Source: an uncultured Fibrobacteria bacterium (GTDB taxonomy: Bacteria; Fibrobacterota; Fibrobacteria; UBA11236). From it: 64,000 bases of DNA. Made by a program: the position numbers and the translations under genes. This document shows, in pieces, positions 55,904 to 64,000 of this stretch. Location: positions 768,001-832,000 of the forward strand of contig OY970309.1 of assembly GCA_963716395.1 (NCBI GenBank), written 5' to 3'. The notes under the pieces were generated by a model, which was not told the origin of the DNA, did not search any database, and saw only the letters and a program-made list of their open reading frames with translations. Positions within the stretch are counted from its first letter, which is position 1. Every line of letters starts with the position of its first letter.

Positions 55904-58330
55904 ATGCTCATCAGTTTGCATTGGCTGCGCCGCTACGTCGATCTCGACGCGCCGGCACACGATATCGCGGCGGCACTGACCGCGCTGGGTTTCGAGGTCG
56001 AAGCCTGGCACGAACGCGGCGCCGGCGTGCGCGGCGTGGTGGCGACCGAAGTACGCCGCTGCGAAGCGCATCCCGAAGCCGACCGCTTGCGCCTGTGCCG
56101 CGTATTCGACGGGGTCGAAGAATTTTCCGTAGTCTGCGGCGCGCCCAATGTGGCCGCGGGCCAGAAGGTTTTGTTCGCACGCGTGGGCGCCGAATTGCCG
56201 GGCGGAATCATCATCAAACCCGCCAAATTGCGCGGCCGTGAATCGTTCGGTATGCTTTGCGCCGAAGACGAACTGGGCCTGGGCCCGGCGCATGACGGCA
56301 TCGTGGTGCTACCGCCCGACACCCGGCCGGGGACGCCCCTGGCCGAAATTCCCGGGCTCTGCGACGCGACCTTCGAGATCAACGTCACGCCCAACCGTCC
56401 CGACGCCTTGGGCCACCTGGGCGTGGCGCGCGAGTTGGCCGCCCGCTTTGCGAAACCGCTGCGTTACCCCGATTTGGCGGTAGCCGAAACCGGAAAGCCC
56501 ATCGCCGAGCGGGTGGATCTGCGGGTCGAAGACGAAAGCGCCTGCCCGCACTATGTGGGGCGGGTGATCGAAGACGTGCACGTGGGGCCCAGTCCCGACT
56601 GGCTGGTGCAGGCCCTGGCGTCGGTGGGCAAGAAGTCGATCAACAACGTGGTCGATCTCACCAATTTCGCCTTGCTCGAGTGGGGCCAGCCGACGCATGC
56701 CTTCGACCTGGATCGATTGCAAGGGCGCCGCATCGTGGTGCGCCGCGCCCGCGACGGCGAGACCCTGACTACGCTCGACGGCGTATCGCGCCGCTGCGAC
56801 GCCCGCGACCTCGTCGTCGCCGACGCGGAAAATCCCCAGGTGCTGGCCGGTGTCATGGGCGGCGAAAGCAGCGGTGTCACGGAAAACACGCGCCAGGTAT
56901 TTCTCGAAACCGCGTACTTCGAACCCCGCACGGTGCGCGGCCAGGCGCGGCGGCATGCACTGCACAGCGATTCGTCGTACCGCTTCGAACGCGGCGTCGA
57001 TCCCCTGGCCACAGCGCGCGTATGCGACACCTTGGCGGCCCGGATCGCCGAAGTGTGTGGAGGCCGCGTGGCCCCAGGCCGGGTCGAAGCCCGGGCGCCG
57101 GGCCATCCCGTCGGGCCGCGCGCGGTTTCCCTGCGGCCGGCGCGCGTGGAAAAACTGTTGGGCCTCGCCTTTCCGGCGGACCGCATCACCGCGCTGCTGG
57201 CCAGCATCGAAATCCGCGGCGTCGACCGCGGCGCCGAGACCCTGCGCTTCGAGGTGCCGGGCTTTCGCGGCGACCTGGAACGCGAAGTCGATTTGATCGA
57301 AGAAGTGGCGCGACTCTCCGACTACAACTCGCTGCCCGCGCTGCTGCCGAGCTTTCCCTTGCGGCCGGCCCCGCTGCCGGCCGGCGAAGAAACGGCCGCG
57401 GCCCTGCGCCGCGCCTTGCGCGATCTCGGCTGCTGCGAAGCCGTAACCTTGCGGTTTACCTCGCCGCGCGCCCTGGAGCGCCTGCGGCTGACGGCCGATG
57501 ATCCCCGCCGCGACGCCGTGGCCTTGCGCAACCCGATCTCGGAAGAATGGAGCCTCTTGCCGACCACGCCCTTGCCGGCCTTGCTGCAGGCCCTGGAGCA
57601 TAATCAAAACACGCAGGAGCGCGATCTGGGCCTGTTCGAAATCGGCCGCGCCTTTTTCCGCCGCGCCAAAACCGGCGCGCGCGATGCGGGAGTGCGCGAA
57701 GAGGCGGTCTTGGGCCTGGCCTTGATGGGTCGATGGGATGGCGTCGGAGACGGAACCTCTTCCGGAACCACTTCCCCGGTGGAGTTCGCGCGCCTCAAAG
57801 GCTTGGTCGAAAACCTGCTCGATCTTCTGCGCGTGACCGCGCGCTGGCAATACGGCGCCCAGGCGGGATTTTTGCATCCCCGGGAATCGGCCGCCCTGTA
57901 CGCGCCGGCGGCGGACCGGCCCTTCGCCGAACTCGGCCTTTTGCATCCCAAGGTACAGGCCGATTACGGCTTGCGCCAGCCCGTGGCCGTGGCCGAAATC
58001 CGCCTCGAGGCTTTGGGCCCGCGCCGGCCCCGGCAATTCGCGCCCTACAGCCTGCATACCGCCGTGGTGCGCGACCTCAACGTGGTGGTGGCCGAAGCGG
58101 TGCGCCACGCCGACGTATTATCGGCGTTACCGCCGGACCGGCCCCAGCTCGAAACGGTGCGCCTCAACAGCGTGTACCGCGGCCAGGGTTTGCCCGCCGG
58201 CCACAAGGCGCTGCATTATAGCTTCCTCTACCGCCATTCCGACCGGTCGCTGACCGACGAAGAAGTCAACGCGCTGCACGAACGCCTGAAGGCGGAATTG
58301 TTGAAAAACCCGGCGATTCAGATCAAGTAG
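55904..58330 (+). CDS. pheT: Phenylalanine-tRNA ligase beta subunit
   Basis: VCGAPNV, TPNRPD, INNVVD, RFERGVD, DLIEEVAR, FDX-ACB C-terminus. Confidence 0.97.
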   Translation: MLISLHWLRRYVDLDAPAHDIAAALTALGFEVEAWHERGAGVRGVVATEVRRCEAHPEADRLRLCRVFDGVEEFSVVCGAPNVAAGQKVLFARVGAELPGGIIIKPAKLRGRESFGMLCAEDELGLGPAHDGIVVLPPDTRPGTPLAEIPGLCDATFEINVTPNRPDALGHLGVARELAARFAKPLRYPDLAVAETGKPIAERVDLRVEDESACPHYVGRVIEDVHVGPSPDWLVQALASVGKKSINNVVDLTNFALLEWGQPTHAFDLDRLQGRRIVVRRARDGETLTTLDGVSRRCDARDLVVADAENPQVLAGVMGGESSGVTENTRQVFLETAYFEPRTVRGQARRHALHSDSSYRFERGVDPLATARVCDTLAARIAEVCGGRVAPGRVEARAPGHPVGPRAVSLRPARVEKLLGLAFPADRITALLASIEIRGVDRGAETLRFEVPGFRGDLEREVDLIEEVARLSDYNSLPALLPSFPLRPAPLPAGEETAAALRRALRDLGCCEAVTLRFTSPRALERLRLTADDPRRDAVALRNPISEEWSLLPTTPLPALLQALEHNQNTQERDLGLFEIGRAFFRRAKTGARDAGVREEAVLGLALMGRWDGVGDGTSSGTTSPVEFARLKGLVENLLDLLRVTARWQYGAQAGFLHPRESAALYAPAADRPFAELGLLHPKVQADYGLRQPVAVAEIRLEALGPRRPRQFAPYSLHTAVVRDLNVVVAEAVRHADVLSALPPDRPQLETVRLNSVYRGQGLPAGHKALHYSFLYRHSDRSLTDEEVNALHERLKAELLKNPAIQIK

Positions 58331-58448
58331 CCCAAATGCGGGAATAGCGGGCTTCCTAATTTATTTTCCGGGGGTCGGCTCCAGGACAATCGCGGGGTGT
58401 GTTTTCCCATACCGCCCGCGCGGGTGGGGCATTAGAATAGGAGAGGTC

Positions 58449-58718
58449 ATGGAAACGGGTGAATTCGAAGCACTGGCGGGTAAGGTGGATCAGGCCGTGG
58501 GCTTGATCGAGGATTTGAAACGCGAACGCGATGCCCTGAAAACCGAATTGCATAGCGCGCTGGAGCGCGCCGGCCATCTGGAAAAAGAATTGACCGAACG
58601 GCATGAAGAAACCGAAGGCCTGCGGCGCGAGCTGGGGCAGAAATCCGAAAACATCTCGCTGGCGGGAGAGCGCATCCGCGGCTTGGTTTCGCGCCTGGAA
58701 GCGGCGCTCGCCCCATGA
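58449..58718 (+). CDS. zapB: ZapB-like coiled-coil cell division protein
   Basis: Short pure coiled coil (L..KV.QAV..I..LK.E) between pheT and zapA. Confidence 0.7.
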   Translation: METGEFEALAGKVDQAVGLIEDLKRERDALKTELHSALERAGHLEKELTERHEETEGLRRELGQKSENISLAGERIRGLVSRLEAALAP

Positions 58719-59017
58719 CCCTGCAAGCCCTCAAGGTGAGCATCGGCGGCGAAGCCATTTCGCTGCGCTCGGATCAACCGCAGCGGGTGGTGGAGCAGGT
58801 GGCGGATTATCTCAACGGTAAGATCGAAGCCGCGGGTCGCGGGTCGCTCAGCGGAGACAAGTTCAGTTTGCTGGCTTTGGCCGCGCTCACCGTGGCCGGA
58901 GAAGTCTTTGAACTGCAATCGCGATTGGAGGAACACGATCAGTCCCAGCGCCGAATGCTGGCACAGGCCAAAAGCCTGACCGATACGCTGGATCGCGCCT
59001 TGGCGCCCCTGCGTTGA
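58715..59017 (+). CDS. zapA: Cell division protein ZapA
   Basis: VSIGG..ISL, VADYLNGKI, ALAALTVA.E. Confidence 0.88.
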   Translation: MTLQALKVSIGGEAISLRSDQPQRVVEQVADYLNGKIEAAGRGSLSGDKFSLLALAALTVAGEVFELQSRLEEHDQSQRRMLAQAKSLTDTLDRALAPLR

Positions 59018-59031
59018 AGCCGGTAAAAAAG

Positions 59032-59204
59032 GGCCCTGTCGCTCGCGTCATGCGTCTCGACTTTACAAACCTTGAAATGAACAGATTGAGTCTTCCGGTT
59101 GTCTAGCGCATGCCCCCCCGTCGGGGAAGCGCGAACCAGCCGGGGCTTATCAACCCTTTTCAAACGCAAGGTCCGAGACTTATGCGCGGTAAGCCGGCAG
59201 GGCC
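59032..59204 (+). ncRNA. ssrS: 6S RNA
   Basis: Directly after zapA, about 173 nt. Closing stem GGCCCTGTCG/CGGCAGGGCC, inner GTCTCG/CGAGAC and CCTTG/CAAGG pairings, A/U-rich central bubble, followed by a T-run. Confidence 0.85.
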
Positions 59205-59306
59205 TTTTTATGCCGGAGCCACCACACGCGTCGGGTTCCGATCGTCGCCTAAGGGGATGCGGCGGAAGTTACCGAATCCTTTGGCCGCGGGAAAGGGGAA
59301 CTGCAC

Positions 59307-59906
59307 GTGAGCGGCAAGAGAAAAGACGCGGGGCGCTCCCCGTCTTCGGTGGCCGCCAATTGGGGCTCGCGGCGCATTCGCCGCGCTTTGATTGCGGCTG
59401 CCCTAATTTTTTTCGGCATCATGGGCTTGGATCGCTTTGATCCGCCCGCGGCGTATCGTTGGATTCCTGGACCCTTGTTGTTCTTCGCGCAGATGAGCGG
59501 GCTTTTCCCCTACGCCGACCGCCACATCATCGATTATCGCGCCGAAGCGTGGCTATGCGGCGAACAGCGTTTCGCGCCCGCGGATGAAACGCCCTACTTC
59601 CCGGTACTGGCCGGAACCAAGGAGAGCCGCTTCCACCGCACCTTGTACTTCTACCATAACCATCGTCCCACCATGCGCGCGCTCGACGACTATCTGACCC
59701 GTCACTTCGCGCAGGGCAAGGAATTCGCCGGCCAACCCGTGGGCGGCGTGCGTTTTCTCCTGGTCGACGCGCCCATCCCCCATCCCGGCGAGACGGTCGA
59801 GCGGTTTCGGCGTCCTCCGCTGGACAGCATTCCGCCCGCAGAATTGCACGTGCTCTATTACACCCCCCTGGAGATGCGCATCGGCCGCTGCGGAGAAGCC
59901 CCGTGA
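59307..59906 (+). CDS. Membrane-anchored hypothetical protein, partner of the HTTM protein
   Basis: N-terminal TM segment, QMSGLFP; stop overlaps the HTTM gene start. Confidence 0.6.
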   Translation: MSGKRKDAGRSPSSVAANWGSRRIRRALIAAALIFFGIMGLDRFDPPAAYRWIPGPLLFFAQMSGLFPYADRHIIDYRAEAWLCGEQRFAPADETPYFPVLAGTKESRFHRTLYFYHNHRPTMRALDDYLTRHFAQGKEFAGQPVGGVRFLLVDAPIPHPGETVERFRRPPLDSIPPAELHVLYYTPLEMRIGRCGEAP

Positions 59907-60805
59907 CGGCAAGCTGGAAGCGAATCTTCTTCGCACCCCAGCCCGTAGAAAGACTGGCCTTTTTCCGCATCGGCATTCCCCTGGCCGTGCTCGGGTTTTT
60001 AATGCTGCGCCTCATCCACGCCGATACCTGGCTGGGATCCAACGGCTTCTGGGTGCCGCGCATCGAGGGCCGCGACTGGCGCCAGCCTTTCTACCTGCCG
60101 CCCATGCCGGTCTGGTTGTCGTGGGTGTTCGCCGCAGTCACCATTTTGTCGGCGCTGGCCGCCGCCGCCGGCTACCGCACACGCACCGCGCTGATCACTT
60201 TTCTCGCCTGCCTGGTATACGCTTCGTTGGCCGACCGCATGGAGGCGTTCACCGTGAACAAACTCGGCACGGCCTTGATCACGGGCCTGGTGTTCACTCC
60301 CTGTGGCGCGGCTTATGGGTGGGACGCCTGGCGCGCCGCCCGTCGCGGACAAAGGCTTCCGGATCGGGTCACCTGGGGCAACGTGCGCTACTTCCAATGC
60401 CTGCTGGTCATCTTGTATTGCCTGTCGGGCATATCCAAATTACAGGGCGATTGGCTGACCTATCCCTATGTGCTGTGGACGCACATGCAGGATTCGTATC
60501 AAACCTTTCTGACGCCTTGGGTGGCCAACCATATTCCCACCGCGGCCTGGCCCTGGCTTTCCAAGGGCGTGCTGACCTTGGAAACCTTGGCCCCGCTGTG
60601 GTTTTCCTGGCCCAAAACAAGAATGCCCGCCTTGATCGCGGCCTTGGGCATGCATGCCTTCATCGGTCTTTGTTTCGGTCCCGTCCTGTGGTTTGCCCTG
60701 CTGATGATGGCGCTTGTGCTGGGGAGCTTCGCGCCGCTACCATGGCTGGCGGCGGCATTCCGGCGTCTGAGATTGGCTGCGGCCGGGCCGGCAGCTAGGT
60801 TCTAG
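59903..60805 (+). CDS. HTTM-domain membrane protein (VKGC/SdpB-like)
   Basis: LAFFRI, GYRTR, PCG..Y.WD, Y..SGISKLQGDWL, LE..AP, MHAFI; multiple TM segments. Confidence 0.8.
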   Translation: MTASWKRIFFAPQPVERLAFFRIGIPLAVLGFLMLRLIHADTWLGSNGFWVPRIEGRDWRQPFYLPPMPVWLSWVFAAVTILSALAAAAGYRTRTALITFLACLVYASLADRMEAFTVNKLGTALITGLVFTPCGAAYGWDAWRAARRGQRLPDRVTWGNVRYFQCLLVILYCLSGISKLQGDWLTYPYVLWTHMQDSYQTFLTPWVANHIPTAAWPWLSKGVLTLETLAPLWFSWPKTRMPALIAALGMHAFIGLCFGPVLWFALLMMALVLGSFAPLPWLAAAFRRLRLAAAGPAARF

Positions 60806-60839
60806 TTTTCCCCAAGTTGATTTCGGCAAGGAAGACGGC

Positions 60840-61742
60840 ATGGCGATTTTGATCGATGGCAAAAAAACCGCGCGGGAAATCCGCGCCGAGCTCAAGACCC
60901 GGGTGGAAGCGCTGCGTAACCGGGGCGTGACTCCGGGGTTGAGTGTGACCTTGGTGGGCTATAACGCCGCCAGCCAGGTGTACGTAGCGGCCAAAGACGC
61001 GGCGGCCCGCGAAGTTGGCATGCAGGCGGTCACGCATAAATTGCCGGCCTCGATTTCCGCATCCGAATTGCGCGATCACCTATTGCGCCAGAACGCCGAC
61101 GCGGCCGTGCACGGCATTCTGCTGCAATTGCCCCTGCCGCGACACCTGCCGGAAGAAAATCTCCTCAACCTCATCGCGCCGGAAAAAGACGTCGATGGCT
61201 TTCATCCCATGAATCTGGGCAATCTCATGCTGGGGCGCCCGGGCTTCAAGCCTTGCACGCCGTGGGGCGTGCAGGTGTTGCTGCGGCGCTACGGCCTCGA
61301 AACGCGCGGCCGCCATGTCGTGATCGTGGGGCGGTCCAACATCGTGGGCAAACCCCTGGCCAACCTTCTGCTGCAAAAAGCCGAGGGCGCCGACGCTACG
61401 GTCACGGTGTGCCACAGCGCCACGCCCGACCTGGCCCGGTTCACGCGCCAGGCCGACATTCTGGTGGCGGCCATGGGCCGGCCCGAATGTATCGACGCCG
61501 ACATGGTGGCCGAAGGGGCCGCGGTCATCGACGTGGGCGTGAACCGCGTCCCCGACGCCTCTGCGCCCAAGGGCTATCGCCTGTGCGGCGACGTGCATTT
61601 CGAAAGCGTGGCGGCCAAAGCCGCGGCCATCACCCCGGTTCCGGGCGGGGTCGGGCCCATGACCATCGCCATGCTCCTGAGCAACACGTTGCGCGCCGCC
61701 GAAGCCGCGGCCGGAATCCAAAATCCGGATCCGGAATTCTGA
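60840..61742 (+). CDS. folD: Methylenetetrahydrofolate dehydrogenase/cyclohydrolase
   Basis: IDGK, HGILLQLPLP, KDVDGFHP, PCTP.G, GRSNIVGKP, ITPVPGGVGPMT. Confidence 0.98.
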   Translation: MAILIDGKKTAREIRAELKTRVEALRNRGVTPGLSVTLVGYNAASQVYVAAKDAAAREVGMQAVTHKLPASISASELRDHLLRQNADAAVHGILLQLPLPRHLPEENLLNLIAPEKDVDGFHPMNLGNLMLGRPGFKPCTPWGVQVLLRRYGLETRGRHVVIVGRSNIVGKPLANLLLQKAEGADATVTVCHSATPDLARFTRQADILVAAMGRPECIDADMVAEGAAVIDVGVNRVPDASAPKGYRLCGDVHFESVAAKAAAITPVPGGVGPMTIAMLLSNTLRAAEAAAGIQNPDPEF

Positions 61743-61792
61743 AGATCGTCCGCCTCGGGCGGACCGCCGGGAAAAGTCGGGGAAACGATACC

Positions 61793-62935
61793 TTGATCAC
61801 CCTATTGCGTCCGCAACCCGCGGACCACTCCGCGGCCGAGGCGCCGCACACCGAAGGCGTCAAGTACGCCGGATCAAAGCGCAAACTTCTGCCCCATATT
61901 CTGCGGCTGGCGCGGCAAACCGGAGCCCGCAGCGTATTCGACGGATTTTCGGGCACCACCCGGGTATCGCAGGCCTTGGCCCAAAGCGGATTCCGCGTGA
62001 TCGCCAACGACGCCGCCATCTGGTCGCGCGTGTTCGGAACCTGCTACCTGATGAACGCACGCCCGGCCCCTTCCTATCAATCCTTGTTCGATCATCTCAA
62101 CGCCTTGCCGGGCCGGGACGGATGGTTCACCGAGCATTACGGCGGCGATCCCCGGGACGGCCGCTCGGCTGGAGCCGATGGTTTGAAGAAGCCCTGGCAG
62201 CGGCACAACACGCGCAAACTCGACGCCATACGCGAAGAGCTCGAAACCCTGGCTATGGACGAAATCGAAAAATCCGTGGCGCTCACCGCTTTGATGCTGG
62301 CCATGGATGCGGTGGACAGTACCTTGGGCCATTTCGCCGCCTATCTTGAGGTCTGGGCGCCACGCTCCTACCGCACCATGAAACTCGAACTGCCGCGCCT
62401 GTTTCCGCGCGCGGACGATCACCGGGTTTTGCAGCAGGACGTGTTTGACGCGCAAGCGAACCTCGCCGTCGATTTGGCGTATTTCGATCCGCCCTACGGG
62501 TCGAACAACGAAAAGATGCCCTCGTCGCGCATCCGCTATGCCGCGTATTATCACCTGTGGACCTCGATTTGCCGCTTCGACAAACCTGCCTTGTTCGGAA
62601 AAGCCGGGCGCCGGCGCGATTCGGCCGATCTGTCCGCCGCTTCGGTGTTCGAAGATTTTCGGAAAAACGAACAGGGGCGCTTCGTGGCCACGGCCGCGGT
62701 GGAAAAGCTGCTGCAAACCGCCCCGGCCCGGCATATTTTGCTGTCATACAGCTCCGGCGGCAGGACGACCGCCGAAGAATTGCTGGCCGCCCTCACGGCG
62801 GCCGGAAAGCTGGTGGAAAGCGTCGAAATCGATTACAAAGAGCATGTGATGGCGGGTATGAAATGGACTTCGGAATGGTTGCGCGCCGCGAAGGCCCCGC
62901 ATAAAGAATTCTTATTTTTAATCGACAAATCGTGA
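61793..62935 (+). CDS. DNA adenine methyltransferase (D12/FokI-like class), orphan; start uncertain
   Basis: KYAGSKRKLL, FDGFSGTTRVS, YFDPPY, YAAYYHLW, LSYS. Confidence 0.85.
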   Translation: MITLLRPQPADHSAAEAPHTEGVKYAGSKRKLLPHILRLARQTGARSVFDGFSGTTRVSQALAQSGFRVIANDAAIWSRVFGTCYLMNARPAPSYQSLFDHLNALPGRDGWFTEHYGGDPRDGRSAGADGLKKPWQRHNTRKLDAIREELETLAMDEIEKSVALTALMLAMDAVDSTLGHFAAYLEVWAPRSYRTMKLELPRLFPRADDHRVLQQDVFDAQANLAVDLAYFDPPYGSNNEKMPSSRIRYAAYYHLWTSICRFDKPALFGKAGRRRDSADLSAASVFEDFRKNEQGRFVATAAVEKLLQTAPARHILLSYSSGGRTTAEELLAALTAAGKLVESVEIDYKEHVMAGMKWTSEWLRAAKAPHKEFLFLIDKS

Positions 62936-63822
62936 TCTCGCAAAAAACCGATCTCTCCTTATTGGCGGAAGAGTATCTCCGCTACGCTTCCGAACGCGTA
63001 AACCAGGCGTTGGATCGGTATTTGCCGAAAGAGCAAAGCGTACCGGTGGAATTGCACAAAGCCGAGCGCTATTCGGTCTTCGCCGGCGGCAAACGCCTGC
63101 GGCCCGCGCTTTGTCTGGCCGCTTTCGAAGCCTGCGGCGGCACCGGCGACGCGGCGCTGCCCGCGGCCTGCGCCCTGGAAATGACGCATACCTTTTCGCT
63201 CATCCACGACGACTTGCCCTGCATGGACGACGACGACTTTCGCCGCGGACGGCCCACCAGCCACAAAGTATTCGGCGAAGCCGTGGCCGTGCTGGCCGGC
63301 GACGCCCTGCTGGTACAGGCTTTCGAACTCGTGGCGGGCAGCGGCAACGCCGCCTGCGTCGCCACCTTGGCCGAGGCGCTGGGATCAAACGGCATGCTGG
63401 GCGGCCAGGTCGTCGACATTTTGAGCGAAGGCCGGCCCGTGGATTTGCCCACGGTCGACTACATCCACCGCCATAAAACCGCGGCGCTTTTGGCCGGCGC
63501 GCTGGTGATGGGCGCGCAAATGGCCGGCGCCGCCCCCGAGGTCGTCGAGGGATTGCGTGCCATCGGCCTGCAAGTCGGCCTGGCCTTTCAAATCATCGAT
63601 GATTGTCTGGATTTGGAGCAAACCACCGAAACCCTGGGCAAAGACGCAAAATCGGATTTGGCCAACGGCAAGGCGACCTATCCTTCCATCCTCGGGCTGG
63701 AAGCCTCGAAACGCCGGGCCTCCGAACTCATCGAAGCGGCCGTGGCCGATTTGCATCTTCTGCCCATCGACGGCGCCGTGCTCGAAGCACTGGGCCGGTA
63801 TATTTTCACCCGGGTACATTGA
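62932..63822 (+). CDS. ispA: Farnesyl/geranylgeranyl diphosphate synthase
   Basis: GGKRLRP, SLIHDDLPCMDDDDFRRG, AGDAL, HKTA, FQIIDD, KATYP. Confidence 0.95.
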   Translation: MISQKTDLSLLAEEYLRYASERVNQALDRYLPKEQSVPVELHKAERYSVFAGGKRLRPALCLAAFEACGGTGDAALPAACALEMTHTFSLIHDDLPCMDDDDFRRGRPTSHKVFGEAVAVLAGDALLVQAFELVAGSGNAACVATLAEALGSNGMLGGQVVDILSEGRPVDLPTVDYIHRHKTAALLAGALVMGAQMAGAAPEVVEGLRAIGLQVGLAFQIIDDCLDLEQTTETLGKDAKSDLANGKATYPSILGLEASKRRASELIEAAVADLHLLPIDGAVLEALGRYIFTRVH

Positions 63823-63855
63823 CCCTTACCCGACCCATCGTCGCCGGAAACACGC

Positions 63856-64000
63856 ATGCTGGAAAACATTCACTCGCCCGCGGATCTCAAAACGCTCAGC
63901 CTCGACGAGCTGAAGCAATTGGCGCGTGAAATGCGCGACACCGTGGTGCGCCAGGTGGCGGCCAAGGGCGGGCATTTGGCCAGCAATCTGGGCGCGGTGG
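63856..64000 (+). CDS. dxs: 1-deoxy-D-xylulose-5-phosphate synthase, 3'-truncated by window edge
   Basis: MLENIHSPADLKTLSLDELKQLAREMR..GGHLASNLGAV; follows ispA. Confidence 0.93.
   Translation, partial: MLENIHSPADLKTLSLDELKQLAREMRDTVVRQVAAKGGHLASNLGAV

Noticed and set aside
59099-59440. Small ORFs overlapping the zapA-HTTM gap
   Set aside because: Better explained by the 6S RNA structure; no protein-like motifs.
1-64000. CRISPR array, tRNA/rRNA genes, prophage, integrase or transposase
   Set aside because: No regularly spaced repeats, cloverleaf structures, rRNA-like tracts or mobile-element proteins were seen; nearly all sequence is accounted for by CDSs.

Overview
High-GC Gram-negative bacterial chromosome segment. 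The gene order pheT-zapB-zapA-6S RNA and folD-ispA-dxs, the SecDF fusion and the TtpC-type TonB cluster are compatible with the FCB group (e.g. Fibrobacterota); this taxonomy is an inference only. Housekeeping genes: folE2, secDF, aroC, ppx, an RsuA/RluB pseudouridine synthase, sua5, hisC, thrS-infC-rpmI-rplT-pheS-pheT-zapB-zapA-ssrS, folD, ispA, dxs. Accessory blocks: a TetR-EmrAB-TolC efflux operon, a partial Weimberg pentose-oxidation cluster, a receptor-less TtpB/TtpC-ExbB-ExbD-TonB-TPR cluster, an FHA gene divergent from a receiver/DUF2225-like fusion, an archaeal-type geranylgeranyl reductase with a ferredoxin and a small ORF, toxin-antitoxin genes and debris, an HTTM gene pair and an orphan DNA methylase. 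A predicted sigma54 unit (MerR-HTH, two giant GT2/TPR glycosyltransferases, flgM) has an internal sigma28 promoter. The best candidate for an undescribed system is the four-gene operon at 32846-38103 (minus strand). It encodes an exported beta-rich protein, a MotA/ZorA-like channel with a coiled-coil tail, a MotB/ExbD-like partner with an unrecognised periplasmic domain, and an Ig-repeat outer-membrane protein. No rRNA, tRNA, CRISPR array or intact transposase was seen. All calls come from reading motifs by eye; no searches were run.
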